Source: Candidatus Latescibacterota bacterium
GTDB lineage: Bacteria > Latescibacterota > UBA2968 > UBA8231
Length of the DNA stretch: 64,000 bases
Assembly: GCA_965242865.1 (NCBI GenBank)
Contig: CBDETK010000008.1
Span: 90,109 to 154,108 of the forward strand
Direction: 5' to 3'
A program made the position numbers and the translations under genes. The notes under the pieces are model-generated. The model did not search any database. It was not told the DNA's origin and saw only the letters and a program-made list of their open reading frames with translations. Positions 57,579 to 64,000 of the stretch are shown piece after piece. Every line of letters begins with the position of its first letter. Position 1 is the first letter of the stretch.

Positions 57579-57959
57579 CTAACCTGTATCGACCCGATAC
57601 TGCCAAGCGCGACTCATGGCGTAGTCCGCAAGTTGCTTTGCGGCATCCTTCCTCGAGCTAGATGTAGTGAGTGCAGTGAAATCCACTACAGCATGTTCGG
57701 GAAAATCATCGGGTTCGCTCCGGACGGACAAGCCAAGTGCTTTACACTCGTCGACCGTCACTGCGACCACACCCACTGACCTACGACCTAGGACTGTGGT
57801 GAAGTGAATACACGAATCGCGAGGACTTATGAGTTCACCATCATACACCGACAGCAGATACGCGTGGTTACGTGTTGGGTTAAACGCCTGCGAAGTGATC
57901 TTGCCATTACGAATCCAACTCGGATGAATCTGGCGGAGTAACAACAAGTCATGTTTCAT
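57579..57959 (-). CDS. Small RES/ADP-ribosyltransferase-like toxin candidate (copy 2, intact)
   Basis: MKHDLLLLRQIHPSW..TSQAF..LSVYDG..SVGV..VTVDEC..HAVVDF; ATGA overlap with the upstream gene. Confidence 0.78.
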   Translation of the reverse strand: MKHDLLLLRQIHPSWIRNGKITSQAFNPTRNHAYLLSVYDGELISPRDSCIHFTTVLGRRSVGVVAVTVDECKALGLSVRSEPDDFPEHAVVDFTALTTSSSRKDAAKQLADYAMSRAWQYRVDTG

Positions 57960-59116
57960 TGTATCCGCCTCATGCCGTTGATCTGACGAATTATCCATTC
58001 CCAAGCACTCGATTGATCAAGGTTTAATTCTCGCTCTCTCTCGTCAGATGACTGCAGGTTCAGTTGGGGTTGGAGGTTCAATTGATGCCAAACCCCCAAG
58101 TGTGATTCTAGACTGACCTCGATGCTGACTTCGTTCGAGTCAATTGACCACTCCAGTTGAACACCTCCAGCTTCTGTGGGATACAAATAAGGTCGTGGAA
58201 AATCAATAGGAATATACCTGTGCAGTCTCGATTCGATCCAATCGATCCCAGAAAGTGAGGGGGCTATTCCGTCGCCATCAAGCCAGCCGTCTTCTAATGT
58301 ACGTAAGTCGTCTAGTTGAATGCTTATGTCCGACGGATTGTCAATGATACTCAATTGAGACAAGCTATTGAATTCAAGAACTCTTCCCGCAAAATCACAT
58401 CGACCATGCCCGCGAAAACGTGCCTGCAACCCATGTCGAAATCCGTTAAAGACTTTCAGCGCAGAATCTAAGTGTTCCGAGCCAATAGGTGCTTTGATCT
58501 TGTCGCCACTGGCTGGTAATATTTGAAGTGTCATGCTTGCTTGATTAAGCTCTTGAATAGAGCCTTGAATCTCAATATCTCGCGTAACTCCGGAATCCAT
58601 AGAGGCTGCATTCTTTAGCCGCCCGGCAACATGTCTTGAGAATTTAGCCCTCATGCTGCCGTTCCTATTTCTGGTTGGACTGATTAGGTGGATTTCTTCT
58701 CCGTCCATCATGGCCCTTGAAATCTTTTCGAAATGCGGTAGCATTTCCTTTGGAAAAGAAAGGCACTCGAACGCCTCGCCTTGTTCTGCGCCTTGAATCG
58801 TCGCAAGTAAGCTATCACGCGCTCGCAGAAAGTAGCTCTCTTGATTCGGATTCAGAGGTAGGTTGTCGGGATCATCGATGCCAAGATCAAGCTGCGCACT
58901 GCCGCGCGTGAGCGAGGTGAGCTTCAATCCTATCGAATGTTCAAAGCCGTTCGGTACGCGGCTCCGACTCAGATTCTTCCTGAGATACTCGACCTTTGCT
59001 GCCTCTACAACTAGGGCTTGGAATGGAACTAGTATGGCCAAGACATCGAGTGGTATCGAATGGTCCTCGAATCGATTGCCCACTAGTCGAAGTTGCAAGA
59101 ACAAGTTGCTCGGCAT
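57956..59116 (-). CDS. Antitoxin-like multidomain protein (copy 2, intact)
   Basis: MPSNLFLQLRLVGNRF..; central OB-like region; C-terminal GWLDGDG.APS..YLYPTE.GG..EWS; GGAAGGA RBS; low GC. Confidence 0.82.
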   Translation of the reverse strand: MPSNLFLQLRLVGNRFEDHSIPLDVLAILVPFQALVVEAAKVEYLRKNLSRSRVPNGFEHSIGLKLTSLTRGSAQLDLGIDDPDNLPLNPNQESYFLRARDSLLATIQGAEQGEAFECLSFPKEMLPHFEKISRAMMDGEEIHLISPTRNRNGSMRAKFSRHVAGRLKNAASMDSGVTRDIEIQGSIQELNQASMTLQILPASGDKIKAPIGSEHLDSALKVFNGFRHGLQARFRGHGRCDFAGRVLEFNSLSQLSIIDNPSDISIQLDDLRTLEDGWLDGDGIAPSLSGIDWIESRLHRYIPIDFPRPYLYPTEAGGVQLEWSIDSNEVSIEVSLESHLGVWHQLNLQPQLNLQSSDERERELNLDQSSAWEWIIRQINGMRRIQ

Positions 59117-60135
59117 GGCATCATCCTTCCCAAGAGAGTTGTACAGAAAGAGAGATCGAACGCATGTCGACAAGGCCGTTGAGTGTGGATGGGCACAGTT
59201 CAACTGCCCACAACCGGGGCTGTCGATCAATCGCATCGGAGACTGAACTGAGGCGAGTCACGGGTAGCACCGATTGGCCTGAATCCAGAGTCAAGCTGGC
59301 CATGCGAATCAAACCACAGTCTGAGTGTAGCACAGGGATCACCTTGAACGAAGCATCCCGCCAAGCAGTGGTTGCTCGGAGCAGTCCATCTGACCTTGCG
59401 TTCGACCTGCGTTGAGGTATTCCGATCGTCGATCCGAGACTTCGCGTCGACTTTCTGGATTCGTGCAGGTCACGCTCGACCCTAGGACCCCTCGCGCTCC
59501 TCAATCGGTACATCTGATGTTCGCCCCTGCGCGTCTGCTGAAGGGATGGATGCGGGCGGTCCCTTGCAACGACTGATGGCCCCGGACTTGGGCAACAGCG
59601 TTGCACGCCCCTCAATCATGTTAGACGCAAGCTGACACGATTTGTCTACACAGCTCCGCGCATGTGTGTACTGGGTGAGTTGGCGTACCACGTACAGGTC
59701 GCCGTCTCGCCGCCAATGCCGATGCCGACGGCCAAGCCGCGCATGGATCAGTGCTTGCAGTCCGGGTGAGCCTACGCCGCATGATGCGACCACGCGCTCC
59801 ACGATTACGGGCCACAGGTGCGGATTGCGCCTGCGCCTGCCTTGGGCAGCGAGTCCGACGAGGCCTTCTCCGTGGAGACGCTCTGACGCCTTCGTCACGA
59901 ATCAGGACGATATGAGTGCCCGGATCGACGCTTCGGCGGTAGTTTCGGCCTAGACGCACTCGCGCAAGGTCGGTACTTCGTCCGCGGCGAGTTCTGGAGT
60001 TGAGATTGGACACGCCGCGTCATTGCCAGCCACGGACGGCCCCCGATCGTACGAACCTCCCCCTACCGCCCCTCCGAAGCAACCGCGCAAGCCGGAAGCA
60101 GCGCTCAACGGTGGCAGAACCGTCATCATAGAGGC

Positions 60136-61716
60136 ATGCGGACGTTCAACACCGTAGGGCCTGTCGCGGCCACTGACCACTATTGCATTCCACCCCTGAG
60201 TCGCTCCGGCTTGGACTCCGCGCTGAAACTCATCCTGGAGAAGAAGTACTTCATCCTGCACGGGCCCCACCAATCCGGGAAGACCTCGGCACTGCTCGCT
60301 TTGGCGGACTCGCTCAATAGCGGTGCCCACGGCGCGTACCGCTGCGTGTACGCCAATGTCGCGGCCGTCCGAGAGGCTCGCGACGAGGTCTCGTTGGTCG
60401 TCCCGGCAGTCGTTGGCGAGTTGGAGAAGGCGGGTCTCCGCTACCTGAAGGACGAGTCCCTCAAGGAACTCTGCTCCGAAGTTCTCGCTCGGGGGCGTCC
60501 CGACACCGCGATCGAGCGCTTGCTGTCTGCTTGGGCGGGGAGTGACCCGCGTCCCCTGGTGTTGCTGATCGACGGGATCGATTCCCTGCAGGGAGACGGC
60601 TTTATTACGGTGCTGCGCCAGTCGCGCGCCGGCTACGACCGCCGACCGAGCGAGTTTCCCCAGAGCATCGTGCTATGCGGTCTAACGGATGTCCGCCAGT
60701 GGCGCATCCGCTCCGCTTCCACGGGTTACGTCGTCGCCGGCGACAGCGCGTTCAACATCGCCGCCGATTCCGTGCGGCTCGGTAACTTCTCCCGGTCCGA
60801 GGTGGAACTGTTGCTGGCGCAGCACACGGCCGAATCCGGCCAAGAATTCGAGCCCGCCGCGGTCAATCGAGTCTGGGTGCAGACACGCGGGCAGCCAGGG
60901 CTGGTGAACGCGCTCTGCAGGCGGGTTTGCTCCCCGCCGGATGCGGAACCTCCCTCAGCGCACCCGATCACGGAAAACCACTTTTGGGAGGCCCAAGAGT
61001 ATTTGCTTCAAGAGCGCGGAGAGCTTCTCGGGCGGCTGGCGGTGGAGTTGGAAGATGGACGCGTCCGACAGGTCGTCGAAACGCTTCTGCTGTGTACGCC
61101 CGTTCGCCATAATGCCGCGGAGAATGTTGGGTACGCCCGCGACGTGGGCCTGATCGCACTTGACGACGACCCCCAGCGCATCGCCAACCCGATATACCGC
61201 GAGGCGGTGCCTCGCTATCTCACGAGTGCGGTGCAGGACGATTTGCCGATTCAACCGGACCGGTTCGTTGATGCTGCGGGCGGCTTGGACCTGCACGGGC
61301 TGCTGGAGGATTTCCGCGACTTCTTCGTCCAGTGCCCCGAGCGTTGGAGCCAGCAGGTCCTAGGATACGAAGTCGGGCCGCAACTAATGCTGCAGGCTTA
61401 CCTGCAGAAGGTTGTCAGCGGTCGGGGCTGGATGCTGCGGGATTACGGTCTAGGCCGCGGTCGTACCGATCTACTGGTGGTGTGGCGACAGGGCGGCAAG
61501 AAACGGCGATTCGTCGTCGAATCCATGGAGTGCCGGGGAGGTGTGGAACGGCTGATGCGCATCGGAGCAGTGAACACCGGGAGCTACATGAAGCGCTGCG
61601 GCGCCGAGGCCGGGCACTTTGTCCTTTTCGACCCCACGCAAGCAGCTTGGAAGGATGAGCTGTTCTGGAGGCGCGCCAGAATCGGCCAGACCAGGGTCGA
61701 GGTCTGGGGAATCTGA
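60136..61716 (+). CDS. AAA-like ATPase with C-terminal PD-(D/E)XK-like region
   Basis: MRTFNTVGPV..HYCIPPLSR; HGPHQSGKTS; LLIDGID; FPQSIVLCG; AFNI; GQPGLVNA; GRGRTDL. Confidence 0.85.
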   Translation: MRTFNTVGPVAATDHYCIPPLSRSGLDSALKLILEKKYFILHGPHQSGKTSALLALADSLNSGAHGAYRCVYANVAAVREARDEVSLVVPAVVGELEKAGLRYLKDESLKELCSEVLARGRPDTAIERLLSAWAGSDPRPLVLLIDGIDSLQGDGFITVLRQSRAGYDRRPSEFPQSIVLCGLTDVRQWRIRSASTGYVVAGDSAFNIAADSVRLGNFSRSEVELLLAQHTAESGQEFEPAAVNRVWVQTRGQPGLVNALCRRVCSPPDAEPPSAHPITENHFWEAQEYLLQERGELLGRLAVELEDGRVRQVVETLLLCTPVRHNAAENVGYARDVGLIALDDDPQRIANPIYREAVPRYLTSAVQDDLPIQPDRFVDAAGGLDLHGLLEDFRDFFVQCPERWSQQVLGYEVGPQLMLQAYLQKVVSGRGWMLRDYGLGRGRTDLLVVWRQGGKKRRFVVESMECRGGVERLMRIGAVNTGSYMKRCGAEAGHFVLFDPTQAAWKDELFWRRARIGQTRVEVWGI

Positions 61717-61821
61717 AGCGGTCTCGCTCGCGGCGAAGCGACGCTCGGCTCCGAGGCGACTCCCATGGCCCAAGTACCAATGTCACGTCGTGCCGGGCAC
61801 TGACAGAAACGCGACCTGAGC

Positions 61822-63990
61822 ATGTGGCGATCCCGTGCATCCGCGTCTCCCATCGCTCGGAGGGCCGTGCGATATACCGGACTGGTCCGGACATTCGCAA
61901 TGCTCGTTGCGCTGCTTTGCGGGAACGCATGGCCGCAGGAAGTCGACACGGTCCTGTTCCGGGGCCAGTCATCGCCGCACACTGTCTTGGACGAGATCCA
62001 AGATCCGGTCGAAAGGCAGGCACTGCAGGCCTTGGTCGGGGACGTTGAGCCGCAGGTGAGGAAAGAACTTGCCGAGGCGTTCTTGAAACGGTTCCCAGCT
62101 TCGGATTCGCGCGCGACCGTGCTGGATATCGCGGCGAAAGCCGCGATCGATACCGGAGACTTCGAAGCGGGTATCGGGCACGCGAAGGCCTCGCTCCGGA
62201 TGCTGCCCGAGAATCCCTTGCTGCTGGTCGCGCTGGCCGACGCTCAGGCCTCTCAGGAGCAGCACGGCGAAGCGCTTGCCCGCGCCGATCAGGCGTTGTA
62301 CTACCTCGACCGCTTCGAGAAGCCCTCACGCTTCAACGCAGCCGAATGGAGGGTGCGCGAAGCGGAGTTGAGAGCGTCGTGTCACGCGATTCGCGGCCGA
62401 GCGGCCTTGGTCCGATCGTTCCAAGCATCGGATGCCCAGCGAGACGCCGACTTGCGCATCGCGGTGACGGAACTGCAGGAGGCCCGGTCGTACAACCCTT
62501 CCCGCGCCCCAGCCGCATACCTGCTCGGCGTCGCACACGCCTTGTCCAACGACAGAGCGGCCGCCAAGAGCAACTTGGCCGATGCTTACGAATTAGGCGG
62601 GCCCATGCAGGCGCGAGCCGCTCGCGAGTTGCGCCGGATCTTGCGCTCCGACGGCATCTCCGAGGAAGAGCCGTTGGAGCGCTTGGTGGCGTCAATTGAT
62701 CGCTTGCCGATACCGTCCCCGCAACGCTCCCGGCCACCTCCTCGAGCGGCGGCCAATTACGCCGGATCCGCCGCGTGCCGAGATTGCCATCAATCCGCCT
62801 ACGACTCGTGGAAGCAGACTGGCATGGCGCAGATGTTTCGGCCCTACGAGGCGGCGAACGTGCTCGGCGACTTCAGCGGGCGGATCGAGTTCAGGGGCGA
62901 GAACGGGCGAGGCGCTCTGCGCCTTGGCCTCGACGAATCTCGTCACTACATGGATGTCGCGGACACCAGCGGAGCTTGGAGCAGGTTCGACATCCACTAC
63001 ACGATCGGATCCAAGTGGCAGCAAGCGTACGCTACCCGCCTGCCCGACGGCCGGATCCAAGTCTTTCCGATTCAATTCAGTCTGGTGGCGCGAAAGTGGC
63101 TCAACTTCTGGCAAGTGATCGATCCGCCGGGTACCGAGCGCGCCCGCATCGGCGGCTTTCACCGCATGAGCCGGGCGACCAACTACCAAGTCAACTGCGC
63201 GAGCTGCCACACAAGCCAGCTCCGCACCGCCGATTCGTCGCGGCCGGCCGCCTTCGAGCCGCTGGAGCACGGGATCAACTGCGAAATGTGCCACGGCCCG
63301 TCCGGCGACCACGTGGCGGCCATGCGCCGGGCGCGGCCCGGCGCGCAGCCGTCAGGTCGCCTGCCGATCCGGTTTCAGGAAGTGTCGGCGGAGGCGTACT
63401 TGAATATTTGCGGGCGCTGCCACATGCAGTCGAACCTGTTCGACATCGGCCGCGGGGGCGCGGTGAACCACACCGGGAATTCCGAGGCGTTTTACGCGCC
63501 GTACAAGGGCCGGCCGATCCACGAGTTCTCCAAGAAGGCGTTTCACGGCGACGGTCGCTTTCGCGAGACGACCTTCATCGGCGAGTCGTTCGCCCGCTCG
63601 CAGTGCTTCCGGGAGGGCGGCGCGACCTGCGGACACTGCCACGATCCGCACCCGGCGGATCCCGTCGGCAATCCCAAGTCGCTGAAGTTCCCGGACGATC
63701 CCGATCGCATGTGCCTGCAGTGCCATGCGACTCAATCCAGCGCCGAGCGGCACACGAAGCACGCTGCCGAGTCAGCGGCTAGCCGCTGCGTCTCCTGCCA
63801 CATGCCGAAGATCATGCACGCGTTGATGTTCGACGCGTCGACCCATCGCATCGACGACATCCCGGACGCCGATGCGACAGCGCGGTTCGGTCAGGAGCGC
63901 AGCCCCAATGCCTGCCTGATCTGCCATCGGGAGCGCGATGTCGGCTGGCTCCGGCGGAACCTCGAGAGCTGGCCGGCGTGGAAGCCGTAG
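61822..63990 (+). CDS. TPR + multiheme c-type cytochrome (8 CxxCH)
   Basis: N-terminal TPR-like helices; YAGSAACRDCH, CASCH, CEMCH, CGRCH, CGHCH, CLQCH, CVSCH, CLICH. Confidence 0.9.
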   Translation: MWRSRASASPIARRAVRYTGLVRTFAMLVALLCGNAWPQEVDTVLFRGQSSPHTVLDEIQDPVERQALQALVGDVEPQVRKELAEAFLKRFPASDSRATVLDIAAKAAIDTGDFEAGIGHAKASLRMLPENPLLLVALADAQASQEQHGEALARADQALYYLDRFEKPSRFNAAEWRVREAELRASCHAIRGRAALVRSFQASDAQRDADLRIAVTELQEARSYNPSRAPAAYLLGVAHALSNDRAAAKSNLADAYELGGPMQARAARELRRILRSDGISEEEPLERLVASIDRLPIPSPQRSRPPPRAAANYAGSAACRDCHQSAYDSWKQTGMAQMFRPYEAANVLGDFSGRIEFRGENGRGALRLGLDESRHYMDVADTSGAWSRFDIHYTIGSKWQQAYATRLPDGRIQVFPIQFSLVARKWLNFWQVIDPPGTERARIGGFHRMSRATNYQVNCASCHTSQLRTADSSRPAAFEPLEHGINCEMCHGPSGDHVAAMRRARPGAQPSGRLPIRFQEVSAEAYLNICGRCHMQSNLFDIGRGGAVNHTGNSEAFYAPYKGRPIHEFSKKAFHGDGRFRETTFIGESFARSQCFREGGATCGHCHDPHPADPVGNPKSLKFPDDPDRMCLQCHATQSSAERHTKHAAESAASRCVSCHMPKIMHALMFDASTHRIDDIPDADATARFGQERSPNACLICHRERDVGWLRRNLESWPAWKP

Positions 63991-64000
63991 CCGCACCGCG

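Noticed and set aside
57550-59667. 13-bp direct repeat TCCGCGCATGTGT (57550-57562 and 59655-59667) flanking cassette copy 2
   Set aside because: A 13-mer match is plausible by chance in 64 kb of GC-rich DNA; it is not conserved in copy 1, and inter-copy homology extends beyond it.

Overview
High-GC bacterial window. The gene content (Oar-type TonB receptors, CRTAC1/ASPIC-UnbV proteins, multiheme cytochrome-TPR fusions, Tat-exported sulfatase and Gfo/Idh/MocA oxidoreductase) is typical of Acidobacteriota (Bryobacterales-like); this lineage call is inferred. Envelope and catabolic genes are interleaved with lower-GC accessory and defence DNA. Highlights: (1) a FG-GAP/ASPIC-UnbV/redoxin/TPR gene (26890-30663) interrupted by one in-frame UGA followed by a SECIS-like hairpin, a candidate for selenocysteine or readthrough recoding; (2) a four-gene DISARM-like operon (47160-57271) in which DrmA is fused to a PglW-like NERD-pseudokinase-kinase module, followed by DrmB, a minimal SF1 helicase and a possible DarT-like protein, with no methyltransferase or PLD nuclease; (3) a two-gene toxin-antitoxin-like cassette present as two diverged, inverted copies about 43 kb apart that also share a roughly 550-bp upstream leader, with one copy inactivated by an amber stop and a MITE; (4) a repeat-rich surface protein of more than 1146 aa (1-3439, minus strand) that the ORF track missed, with G9 and C12 tracts suggesting phase variation. 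Also present: tRNA-Arg(UCG), a truncated DUF4338-ISAs1 transposase, a GmrSD-like DUF262 gene, several orphan antitoxins, three AAA-type ATPases and a TolC plus multicopper oxidase pair. No CRISPR array, rRNA or integrase was seen. All family calls come from motif recognition by eye, not from database searches.
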